The position numbers and the translations under genes are program-made. Of a DNA stretch of 64,000 nucleotides, positions 13,395-24,950 are shown piece by piece; positions within the stretch are counted from its first letter, which is position 1; the number at the start of each line of letters is the position of its first letter. The stretch lies in contig CM119264.1 of the NCBI GenBank assembly GCA_051294375.1, positions 4,055,392 through 4,119,391 of the forward strand. The letters are read 5' to 3'. This DNA comes from Paraspadella gotoi (lineage: Eukaryota > Animalia > Chaetognatha). Under the pieces are notes generated by a model that saw only the letters and a program-made list of their open reading frames with translations, did not search any database and was not told where the DNA came from.

Positions 13395-13775
13395 GGTGAT
13401 GACGACGACGACGGCGACACGAACGATGACGACGACGGAGATAGACGATGACGACGACGACGAAGATGAAAGCGACGACGAACGACGGCCGACGATGAAA
13501 ACGAGAAGACATGGAAGACGATGACGACGATGACGACGCCGAGGAGAAGACGGCGACTTCGACGACGACGAAGATGAAGACGACGACGACGACGACGAGA
13601 CGACACGGCGATGATGAAGACGGCGACGATGAAAACGCGGACGAAGATGGAACGAGCGAGACGAAGATGACGACGATGAACGATGACGAACGCAGAGGAA
13701 GACGGCGACTTCGACGACGACGACGACGACAGACGACGAACGACGAAACGAGTGACGATGACGATGATTCGAACG
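13395..13775 (+). repeat. (GAC/GAT/ACG)n low-complexity tract
   Basis: Degenerate trinucleotide repeat whose frame shifts repeatedly. Confidence 0.9.
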
Positions 13776-15129
13776 AAAAAATGCGAAGATATTGATATTG
13801 GAAAAAACGGGGTAAACGCGAGCGTGGGGTGAAAGAGGAGGAGGCTGGGGGGAGGGCAGCGGGGGGGGGGAGAGAAAGTGGGATAATGGGAAAATGGAAA
13901 ATGGGAAAATGGGAAAATGGGAAAAATGTGGAAAATGAATGGGTTGAAAAATGTATATTTTTTTTAAACTGAGTCGAGCTTGAACCATGAGAAACTCAAA
14001 TAAATAAATAATTAATTTTTGTCATTCATTTATTCATTCAATCACTAATTTAATCATTTATTCATACATTCATTCATACATTCATTTATCCTTTAATTCA
14101 TTTATTCACCTATTCATTAATTCCTTATTTTTCTTTACCTTTTCGCGATCTTTTTTTCATTATTTTTCTTCTTCTGCCATTCTGTCATTAATTGTATATG
14201 TTTAAAAACTTCTCTCCTTTTTCTAATTTCATTCTTCCTTTCTTCCCTTCATTCTCTCGTTCTGTCATTCATTCCGCATTCATCCATCCGTTCGTCCGTC
14301 CGTACGTCCGTTCGTTCGTCTGTTTTTAGCGGATCTTAATTCGAATTCAAACCACGACGCGAAAATTTTCGAGATTAAATTTTTCAAATTATTTTTTCTC
14401 AATTTTTGAAAGAAGAGAAAAATATTTTTTTTTCTTTCGCTCTGAATTAAGATTTCGAGGAAAAATTAAAAGTTTCCTCTTTTTTTTTGTTGCCACCAGA
14501 ATTTTGCGACTTAATTGCGATGGGAAGACAAAGCGCCTACATGGTTAGGTTTTTTTAAATGTTTCAAACTAATGCTATTTATGCTCTTTATATTAACGTT
14601 AATGAAATCAACCTAGAAATACAACATTAATTGTTAAATATTGAAATTTGTCAAACATTAACCCATTAACTAAATTATCCCTTCACAACCTTTAAATGTT
14701 ATACGTTAAATTTGATCATAATCAAATATAATATTTTGTTAGAAGTGCAGAGATAAACAAAGGGGCAACTGAGTGAGTTTCGCTTCCCTTAAACTCTCCC
14801 TTACACTTACTAAGCTCCCCGCTTTGTCATTGCGTTGCGACATGGTTGAAAAGCGGTAAGGCAGCTTCCAGTCTCCGCCACAATATTATCGTGATTTAAA
14901 TTAAGATAAGGATAGATAAAGATAAGGATAGATAACAGCAACGGCAACAACAACAACAACAACAACGACGAAACGTGGAAAAAAGATCCGCCTTCCGAAT
15001 CGTGGCTTAAAAAAACGAAACCATTATAATAATAAAAGCAAGAAAAGCAAAAGAAAAAAAAGCAAAGCTTTAAAAAATGTGTTCTATCAGCAGAAAATCA
15101 AGAGACGATAGGAGGGGGTATTTCCTCTC

Positions 15130-15168
<39 letters not shown>

Positions 15169-15463
15169 CTCCGTTCTTAAAGGAAGCGCCAGATACTTCC
15201 CCCTAAATCTGGAAATGTTTTTCTGCACTTCAATCAAAGTCAGTTTTATTGTTTTCATGGCTGTCTCGCGTTGTCGTGTTGTCGTTGTCGTGTTCGTTGT
15301 CGTCGTTGAAGGAAAAAAGAGGTGAAAAAGGGGGGGGGTTGAAGTATTATGGGTTTGAGATCCATTTGTTTGGCCCAACTGCTTCCGCGAGAATTTCATT
15401 GGTTATTGGCTTTCGCGTCTGAGAGGTCGTTTCTCCTCTCTCTCTCTCTCTCCCTCTCTTCTC

Positions 15464-15525
<62 letters not shown>

Positions 15526-15529
15526 TCTC

Positions 15530-15581
<52 letters not shown>

Positions 15582-17161
15582 ACTAAATTTGAAAGACATG
15601 GCATCATTTATTTCTTGATATGGATGATTGAATGTGAAAAAAACTTCAGAGAATCTTGTGAAGAAGTTTCTTTTCTTCACGCCCGCAGTTTCGTCGCGTT
15701 GAAATCGTTGCTCGACCGTGCATGTTGACGATGGAGGATTATGCAAGAATTGCCCAAAGCGTCTCTCAATCTCTATTTTACTCGAGTTATGAAAAGAAAC
15801 GGGTCCGCTAAAATTTGTCATTCCATAAAATGTATTTTCACAATAATAAAATCCATAAACGTCCAGTAAAACTGTGTTTTGGACGGGCGACGTGTTTCAA
15901 TGTGAGTCTAAAACATAACTAAAAAATAAGTTTCTCTCTCTCCAAAAATTGAGAGCCGTAAAACTGAAAAAAGACCAGGAAACGATAGCGACCGCACAGA
16001 AAACCGACCAGTCAAATTCGTGACCTCGCGATCGAACAAAATATGTAAAAGAGAGAAATAGAGAGAGAGAGGCGAGGCATTAGTTTTTCCTCATATCTCT
16101 CTCGGAAAACTTAGATCTGCTTTAAGTTTTAGTTCATGAAAATAATAGATTAAATTTTGGCAAGAAATGGAAACCTATCCTTTTTTTAAAAAAATTGTTT
16201 TAAATAACGATGAAATATTCCTATCGATAATTAATCTGGCTGGATTATAAAAATATCAAAATGTATTAGATATATGAAATATATCAAAAAGGGGTGCATG
16301 CATACCTAATAATTAACCTTAACTCCTACTAGTATGTTATGTAGACAAAAACTACTTTGTATGTACATCTATGAACCTAACCACTATTCTTGTTGATGAG
16401 GCAAATTTTACAATTTAAAGTATTACAATTCAAATCAAATCAAATGTCTCTGTTTCTTTACGATTTAATTAATTGGGATCTCAGATTTTAAATAAATTTA
16501 ATTAATGTGTCATTTAATCACGATTAAAATGATTTTAACTATAAAATTCGTTAAATAGTTTTTTAAATAAAGTTGAAACGGTTGTTAACGTTTTGCCTGT
16601 TTTCTGTTGCAGTAGTTTTAGTTTTTAGTTTCAGTTATTTATGAAAAAAAAAGATTATATACCTCTAACAATTTCGCATATAAAGTATATTTACAACAAT
16701 GAAACAGTTTTTAAGAGAGGAGGAGAGAGAGACGAATCGAGAAAGAGAGAGAATAAAGAAGAAGAGAGTGGAGGCGTAAAAAAGGGGGGGGGGAAAGAGA
16801 CGGAGAAAGAGAGACAGAGACAGAGACAGAGAGAGAATGAAAATTAGATTCCATCTTGGTCCCTCTCGCGGTGACAACTTGAAAAATGAAAGGAATTGGA
16901 TTTTATTACGGAATAGATATGGAAGAGGAAGAGGAAGAGGAGAAGAAAAGAAGGCGTCGCTCGGCAATAAACAAAAACAAAAAAAAAACAAAAAAAAACA
17001 AATGAACACTAATAAAAGTTAAAGAAAAAAAAAAACATTAAAACTAATGGGACGAAGAAAAAGATGAGATTCCGATTGTAACGTTCGTTGAACGTTTATG
17101 CGATTTATTAAGCCGCTTTTAGCGCTTCGCTTTTAAAGACTATTACTCTCTCTCTCTCTCT

Positions 17162-17205
<44 letters not shown>

Positions 17206-17374
17206 CTCTCCTCTTCCTCTCTATCTCTCTCTCTCTCTCTCTCTCCTCATCTTTCTCTTTCTCTTCATTATTCTCTAGATCTCCGTCAATATTCACACCT
17301 TCATATTTCATATATTCGTTCTATATTCGCAAGTTCCTCTTCCACTCTCCATTTCTCTCTCTCTCCTTCTCTCT

Positions 17375-17413
<39 letters not shown>

Positions 17414-17642
17414 TCTTCGACTCTTCTCTCTCTCTCTCCTCGCTCTCTCTACTCTCTTTCTTTGTCATCTCTGGTTTTCTGTCGCCCTTTCTCCTATTAT
17501 CTCATTTTTTTTTTCTTTCTTCCCGCGACCGCGTTTCTGTCTAAGTATATCATCAGTCTTTCTCCATCTGGTTCTCCCTTTCCATTTATTTCTATCATTT
17601 GTCATCTCTCTCTCTCTCTCTCCTCTCTCTCTTCTCTCTCTC

Positions 17643-17682
<40 letters not shown>

Positions 17683-18607
17683 CCGATGAATATGCTTCCA
17701 TTTCCGCCACTTTCCTTTTGTCCTTTTTCTTTCCTCCTTATATTTCCTCTCTCTCTTACTTGCGGAACTTTTTTCACGTCAGAAAATAGGACACATTTTA
17801 AAAGCAAATGCATGTTTTTGCGTCACTGTAAAGTGAGAGAGAAATGAAAGAAGAAGAGGGAAAGAGAGACGAGAGAGAGAGAGAAGAAGATGACGATGAT
17901 GAGAAGGGGCAGAGAGAAGAGAGCGAGATGCGAGAGAGGAGACGGAGAGAGAACCGAGAGAGAGAGTGACAGAATGTAAAGAGCTCTTTAAAATAGCGTA
18001 GCATATAGTTTTATATTAGTTCATTAGCAAAAAATATTTAGTTATTATAGACTCACTAAATGTTTTTTCTTTTTCTGCCATCTTTTTCCTTTTTTCTTTT
18101 TCTGCCATCTTTTTCCTTCCTAAAACCCAACGCGTTTAAAGTTTAAACCGCCGTTGGTTTTAGGAGATCAAGTTTTACAAGTGAATGAATTTAATTTCTA
18201 GCGTCTGATGCCTTAGCTGAAAGCAGATGCAGATGTGAAAGCAGATGCCGAGGTCAATACCCTTGCCGATGCCGATGTTGTTGCCTAAGAATAAATATCA
18301 ACCTTAATTAAAAATAAGTTATCAATTGGCGATTACCTTTTACCTATATGTATTAAAATTCAAAATATGTAAATGCGTAAAGGTTCGTTTATTAAAAATT
18401 CTGAAAAACCATGAACTCTCAGCACACTATGCAATCTGCACAGTGCACAGCGGCATACATCGGTTCATATCCGCTCTTTACGTAATCTTCAGTGCATCGC
18501 TGGTAGAATCGTTATTTCTCAGCGTTCTGGCTTCACTCCAGGAATACGGTTTTTATTTAAATCTCTGCAGGGTAAAAATTTTGATGCTCACTGGGAAATG
18601 GCATTTA

Positions 18608-18652
<45 letters not shown>

Positions 18653-20018
18653 AATCTCGGTCCAAGTATCGACAGAAATCGTTTTCTTTTCAATGCCTTT
18701 CTTCTTTTCTTCCTTGTTTTTGAGTCGTTGATACTGAGACATCATTTCGTTTTTGTCATCTCACGCGTTTAAATTAAGGCGATGGCAACTATAATCAAGG
18801 TTATTACTGTCATTCTCCTCATAAATTTTATAATTTTTTTATCCCTCATCACCATACGGTATAACAATATTTGCAATCGTGTTTGTTATCGCCTCTCATC
18901 AAAATCATCATCTTATCTTTCTCAATATTTACAAATACTTCTTCGCAGCACTGTCATTTTATCATCGTCTTTGTCATCATTTCCTTATAACCCTTGTCAA
19001 TTGTCAATACCCCTTGGCATCGTCGGTGTCATATCTTTATAACCGTCCCGTTGTCATCTTCATTATCCTCGTCTTTGTTCATCATCTTCCGTTCAGCTGT
19101 CATCGCGACGAAGGTTCATATCTGAGGTCGAGGATTTCTTTCTTCTCTCCTTATGTACTTTTCTTCCTCGCTTCGAGACGAGACCTTCGAGAGCGACAGG
19201 AGGGGTGAGTTGCAGTGAAGTGCGGAGTTGGTGATAAATGACGGTGATCGCTGCTGTGAATTGGTTAGGATGGTGGTTGGCGGCTGAGGGGTGTTTAGCC
19301 CGGGCTGTGGTATAGTTAGGGGTGGAGAGAAATTCCGGGTTGCAGCAGTAGCTGGCATTTCCCAGGTTCACTCCGCCCTCATTTGACTGGCACTCTCAGT
19401 GTGACCCACAGCCAGAGTTGCGGTTACGTCCAACCCCTGTTACAGCTTGAACTCCGTGAGGACGCCCTTAATATCTCTCAAAGGGCGTTTAAGGAGTCCC
19501 CAAGAAAGGTTCCAAGCCCAGCACTCGGTTCGAGGGAAGTTAAAGATAGTGAGACAAAGTCATCTTCAGCCACTAATGCTTTTTCCACATTGTTTAGATG
19601 CTTTGGAGGACAATTTGATTTTTCTAATCACAATAAAGGTGGTCAAATTGTAGACAACGGATTCGGGTCGATACAGGGGAATTAATGCGACGGGGTCCTC
19701 GGGCGTGGGCAATCGGCTTAAGCAGAGTTTCATGACTTAAGATAAAAAATAAAAACGAGTTAGATGAGGTGGAGGAAGAGGAAGAGGAGGAGGAGGAGGA
19801 GCATAGGAAGGAAAGCCAAACGGTCGTCGCTTTTTCTTCCAACTCCCGCGGCTCTCGCCGTCGCTTAGCAACAATGGAAACGTCTTGGACGTCATCTGTC
19901 TCCTCTCTCCCCCAACCCGCTTTGTTTACATCCGGCATTGCCTCACATCCGGGTCAAGTGCTTTTTTTTCCTTTTCCTTTCATCGCGGAAAAGAGTAAAA
20001 AAGAAAAGAGAGAAAGAG

Positions 20019-20093
<75 letters not shown>

Positions 20094-20382
20094 CAGACAA
20101 ACAGACTAAAAGAATATATATATCGTCGAACCACAATTATCCCTTGAAAGTCTATTTTTGAAATTGTGTACAATCTGTTTATCTTTGATATCTTCGACGA
20201 TTCGCTCCAATTCAAATCCGCAAAATCGAATTACCCGCAGCCTCAGCAGCAGCATCAGCAGCAGCAACCGATCGATTCTTCGAGCGACAGCTCCCACTCC
20301 TCTTCCTCATCCCCGTATCTTTCATTCTTCTTTCTTCCCTTTTATGTCAAATCCACCATTTTTGTCAAATTCATAAAACTAA

Positions 20383-21663
20383 CGTCACATTCACCCTCGG
20401 CCTGGCCACGACGTTCCCGCCCCGCGCCGTCGCGTCCGCCGATATCCTGGTAAATTTTCACACGACGCCGCGACGAAAACATCTGCGCTTCATTGGCGCC
20501 CTTTCGATCGATGGACCCTCGATTTACAAGTCTTTATTTCAGCGCCTTCTTTCTCCGATAGAGAGCGAGCGATGATTGGAACGATGGTCGTTTGTGGAAA
20601 TCGTGGTGCGAGGGAAAACTACGATCAAATCGTCACCAACTACGAGTACAAAAAAAAATCTGAAACTGACGAAGAATTAAGCGATCGATTTGAGATCTTG
20701 AAAAACTAAATCGTCGACAAAATATTCCAAGATTTTCCGCCATTGAAGTTGCAATGGCTCAATCACCTGGAACAGGTCAGAATGGGACGTTTAGACGCGG
20801 CTCGGTTGGAGGAGACGGGACAACGGCTGAAAAAGAGAATTTTCGAAGCGAAAAAGCTCAAGAAACTTTCGGAAAGATGTCGCCAGGGTCACCTTCTCTC
20901 TGAAAATATCGACTTTGGAGTAGACGACGCCGCCGAAAAATCATCGCCGCCTCCAGCTAACACTTGGCCCCGTCTGTTCGAGCTTACTCTTTCGCCTCCG
21001 CGAAAATCTCCGCCGCTTGAAAATCGAGATCGGCATGAGATGTTGCTTCAGGCGCCAAGGCTTGGCCCAAGCTTTAGTATTTTGGGAATTTTACAAGTAG
21101 GCATAAGATAATTTTCATTAAATACGTTATTCATTTAGTTTATACCTCATTAAACCAGGTATGGTGGACTAAAATCCACCAACCGTTCATCAGCGGCCAT
21201 TGGTGCCGGAGGCAAGTCATTCGCCTCCCAACCCAGAGGTGCGTGTTTCTAGCCCGGTGGTCGCCTAGCAGTTAAGAGGGACGGGGCGCTTAACCCGAAA
21301 CTCAGGGACTGTTTATATTAATATAACTAATAACAATTATTACTTATAACGGATATTTCTTCAACGATTCTTACGTTTTAAACATGAGAAGTCATTGTTA
21401 GTCGTCGAGAGGCGGATCTTCCCCAGGCATTGGTTTCCATACCCTATCGCCCATCTCCGAAACGCAACTCGTCCTGGTCGGCGGCGGGAATCGTTTCGGT
21501 ATCTCGAAAGAAATTTTCGTCATTAACATTAACATCGCTCGGTCCTCGTGACCAAAGAGAATCGAGCCTCCAGCCTCTCGTCTGCATCGGGGGATTAATG
21601 GATAAAGACGGTGAAAAGTTATCAAATCACGTGATTAAATTCGATCCGTCACCTCTTGATTAG
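20383..21663 (+). pseudogene. Kelch-repeat (beta-propeller) gene remnant, KLHDC-like, interrupted by a SINE
   Basis: Kelch-type blades: APRLGPSFSIL (~21052), NTLFI (21121) and YGGLKSTN (21160), all in frame 1. After the SINE come YNGYFFNDSYVLNMRSHC*SSRGGSSPGIGFHTLSPISETQLVLVGGGNRFGISKEIFVINI (21345-21530; TAG at 21399 where kelch has W) and, after a frameshift, LVCIGGLMDKDGEKLSNHVIKFD (~21577-21645). Frame 1 is open from 20383 to 21108 except for one TAA near 20707. Kelch evidence applies only to ~21050-21663. Confidence 0.62.
21193..21341 (+). mobile_element. tRNA-Gly(CCC)-derived SINE-like element or tRNA pseudogene with TAA-rich tail
   Basis: 72-nt head 21193-21264: acceptor-like pairing GCGGCCA/TGGTCGC, A-box-like TGGTGCCGGAGG, ATTCGCCTCCCA (CCC at 21227-21229, as in tRNA-Gly) and B-box-like GTTTCTAGCCC. 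Anticodon and T stems are broken. Followed by a ~50-nt body and a TAA-rich tail. Confidence 0.62.
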
Positions 21664-21901
21664 AGCGTAGTGAAAGTTACATAGGAAAATTCTAAATGTC
21701 AATTATTAACAACAAACTATTTTGAAATTTGATTTGATTTATTTGATTAGTATTAGTATAAATATGGCCTTCTCCGTAAATTGTAAAATTTATTATACAA
21801 TTTTTTATACATAAATGTTCATTAGTATAAAGTTCTTCCTTCTTCACTTTTAATTAAAGTTAAATTTAGAATTTTTACTACGCTTTACTCTTGATTGATT
21901 A

Positions 21902-21944
<43 letters not shown>

Positions 21945-23059
21945 TATTATTTAACTTTGTGCAAACATTTTCTTTCATAGTTATACATAAATAAATCATA
22001 CTAATGTGGCAGTAACCACACGCGACCTTCAGCATTCGCGCAAATAACTCGAGAAACAAATCCCTCTCTCTCTCTCNNNNNNNNNNNNNNNNNNNNNNNN
22101 NNNNNNNNNNNNNNNNNNNNNNNNNNNNNNNNNNNNNNNNNNNNNNNNNNNNNNNNNNNNNNNNNNNNNNNNNNNNNNNNNNNNNNNNNNNNNNNNNNNN
22201 NNNNNNNNNNNNNNNNNNNNNNNNNNNNNNNNNNNNNNNNNNNNNNNNNNNNNNNNNNNNNNNNNNNNNNNNNNNNNNNNNNNNNNNNNNNNNNNNNNNN
22301 NNNNNNNNNNNNNNNNNNNNNNNNNNNNNNNNNNNNNNNNNNNNTGTCTTTTATTGTCTTTTTGTTTGACCTTAAGAGTCTTTCCTTTTTATTGTTATTT
22401 TTATTGTAGGAAAATAAATCAGTCTCGATCGNNNNNNNNNNNNNNNNNNNNNNNNNNNNNNNNNNNNNNNNNNNNNNNNNNNNNNNNNNNNNNNNNNNNN
22501 NNNNNNNNNNNNNNNNNNNNNNNNNNNNNNNNNNNNNNNNNNNNNNNNNNNNNNNNNNNNNNNNNNNNNNNNNNNNNNNNNNNNNNNNNNNNNNNNNNNN
22601 NNNNNNNNNNNNNNNNNNNNNNNNNNNNNNNNNNNNNNNNNNNNNNNNNNNNNNNNNNNNNNNNNNNNNNNNNNNNNNNNNNNNNNNNNNNNNNNNNNNN
22701 NNNNNNNNNNNNNNNCCCGCGCTTATTCTCTCTCGGTAAATGTGTTGCAAATCCCTGTCAATATCCATTCTGCATATTTCCGACCGGAACATCCACAATT
22801 TGTCTCCTCTGCCTTCGTAATCGGTCTTCGTCGTCGTCGTCGTCGTCGTCGTGGGAATTCTCCCGCGAGAGGCTTGTGCTAAAAATATACAAGTTATTTT
22901 CTTTCTTCAAATATCCGGGCATCGCCGCATCGGCTTCGTTACAGTAACTTTGACATCAACTTTGCTTTCTTTGTAACTTTAGCTGATTANNNNNNNNNNN
23001 NNNNNNNNNNNNNNCAAAATGATGTTTTAAGACGAAATAACAACCACAGATCTCTTTCC

Positions 23060-23195
23060 AAGTATAACTAAGGTGATGAGACAGACGCGGGTCTTATTAC
23101 CCCCTCCTTCTCAATTCACCTCCTCTTCATCCTCCTCCAGGTCTTCGGGGCTGCGTTTCACGAGATTCAGTTCACCATTCCTCTCTTCGCCTACT
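23060..23195 (+). repeat. Dispersed direct repeat, copy 1 (pairs with 27306-27443)
   Basis: AGTATA..AAGGTGAT..AGACAGACGCGGGTCT.ATTACCCC...TTCGGGGC.GCGTT.CACGAG.ATTCAGTTCACC.TTCCTCTCTTC is shared by both copies, with many indels. Starts just after a 25-N gap. Confidence 0.85.
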
Positions 23196-23499
23196 AGCAC
23201 CTCTCTCCCTTTTTTTAACCCTCATTTTGTCTTCGTATAATTTTCCTTTCCGTCAATAATATTAGTTTTCCCACATCTCGTCACTTTACTTCCCGGTTAG
23301 GATACCTTTTTTCAAAGTGACGCCAATTGTGTTGCTCGAACATCTAACCACAAAAAAAACCCCCAGGATGTGCTGCTCACCGACTGATTAGGAAACGGGA
23401 GACAACAAAAAATAAAAGACCGAAAAATGAAGAAAAAAAAGGAAAAAAATCTGAAAACTTGTTTTCCAATTTTTTTCTTACCCAAATTAAAAATCGACA

Positions 23500-24950
23500 T
23501 TCGATGGAATTAATTTTTCCCGGCGAATCGCATCGATTTGAAACGAGATTCACTCCGCGTCACGCTGCCGTCCGCGTCGCCGTCAAACTTTTATTTTCAC
23601 CCGCCATTTTCTCTCTTCCCATTTTCTCAGTCTCTAACGACTCGACTCTTCGATCGTTTGCGTCCGGAATCGGAGTGACGACAAGTCGAATTCGATCTTT
23701 GGATCAGCTCCACTGCGGCGAAAAAAAATTTACTGCTCCCAATCCCGAATCTCGATCGCCGCGCGCCATTTTTAATCGCCGGCGCCACTGACGTTATCAA
23801 ATTCCTCACTCACCTCATCGCAACCTTCTCCCGCTCGTTGCCCCTCCAACCCATTTGCCCTACGATTCCCCCCTCAACATTTTTCGTTTTCTTAAGAGAT
23901 GAACGTATATTTCTATTAACTCGATTTCGCGAATCGTCCTCTCTCCCCGCCCTGCGATCGCCTTACGAAATTCCGTGACCGGCCGCTACACGCAACGAAT
24001 CCACATAATCGAAGTGCGAATCTCTCCTCCCCCCTCCTCGATGGACCGATTTTTGTTCCCCGTTAAACCCTAAAGTCGAAAATAACATCGATATATTTCG
24101 ACGAAAAAAAAAAAAAAAAAAAAAATTATGAATAACTTTTTTCATCACCCTCACACACATGCTTACACGCCCATTTTTTTCCTTCAATGATTTCTATAAG
24201 AAATTAAAAGTTGAACAAAAGATTCTTTTTCTTCCGCTTTCCTCTGACGTCGATTTCTTTTTTCTTTTGTTTGAAAAAAAAAAAACTCAAAAACCCTAGG
24301 CTCCGAAAGACAAAATAGCCATTTAAGTTTTTACTGAAAAATTGCCAACTTCAAAAAATAACTTTCGACAGTTGCTATCGGCCGCTCTCTTATATCCCAG
24401 AATCAACGTCGTTTCATTGTCGCCCCCCCCCTTCGCTAATCCAAAAAAAAAAAAAAAAGACAAATCACCAATTCCAATCACCTCCTTTCTCCCCCTCACC
24501 AGCGTTAATCACCAACTCTCGCTGCAAGAAACCTCGAAAATTTTACGTTTTTCGCTCGGATCGAAACTAAAAAAAAAAATCTCCGTCGCTGTTTTTTCCA
24601 ACGAGAATCTCTCCCTTCTCGCTACTCCCCCCGCCACTCTCTCCCTCAAACGAAGATTTCTCAGCGCTACATCGAGTCACCTTCGGATTCGGCTCATCCC
24701 CTTGTTAATCATCGCGGCTCGTCGTCGAAAAAATTCGAAAGTTTTTGCGAGAAATAAAAAGAAAGAAAATAATTTTCCGACGAATTCGAGGCTCGAACTC
24801 CGTTCGTCAACCGTCTCTCCAATTCCGACGGATCGAAAACAAAAAGTTCGATTTGAAGAAAGAGCCCGACTCTTTCGTAAGTTTGAAAATTCGCGATTCG
24901 TCTGTCATCATCGGTCCATTATCATCCCTCTTTGTCGGTTCTTCACGAAA
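23500..24950 (+). promoter_or_regulatory. CpG island / putative promoter region
   Basis: High CpG density, YY1-like CCGCCATTTT (~23601) and GCGCCATTTT (~23763), CRE-like TGACGT (~23779, ~24245). CpG density drops abruptly after ~24950. Confidence 0.4.

Noticed and set aside
15590-15821. Protein-like minus-strand frame (FFTRFSEVFFTFNHPYQEIND); also splice-like signals at 18.2-18.6, 22.7-22.9 and 43.3-43.5 kb
   Set aside because: No recognisable family, weak or inconsistent splice sites, or stops in all frames; insufficient without transcript data.
20500-20780. MDPRFTSLYF (hAT LDPRF-like) and PLKLQWLNHL (DOCK DHR-2-like) short motifs
   Set aside because: Isolated short matches in different frames without the other motifs of either family.
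21193-21264. Functional tRNA-Gly gene
   Set aside because: Anticodon and T stems do not pair, the B box is degenerate, and a body and tail follow, as expected for a SINE or pseudogene.
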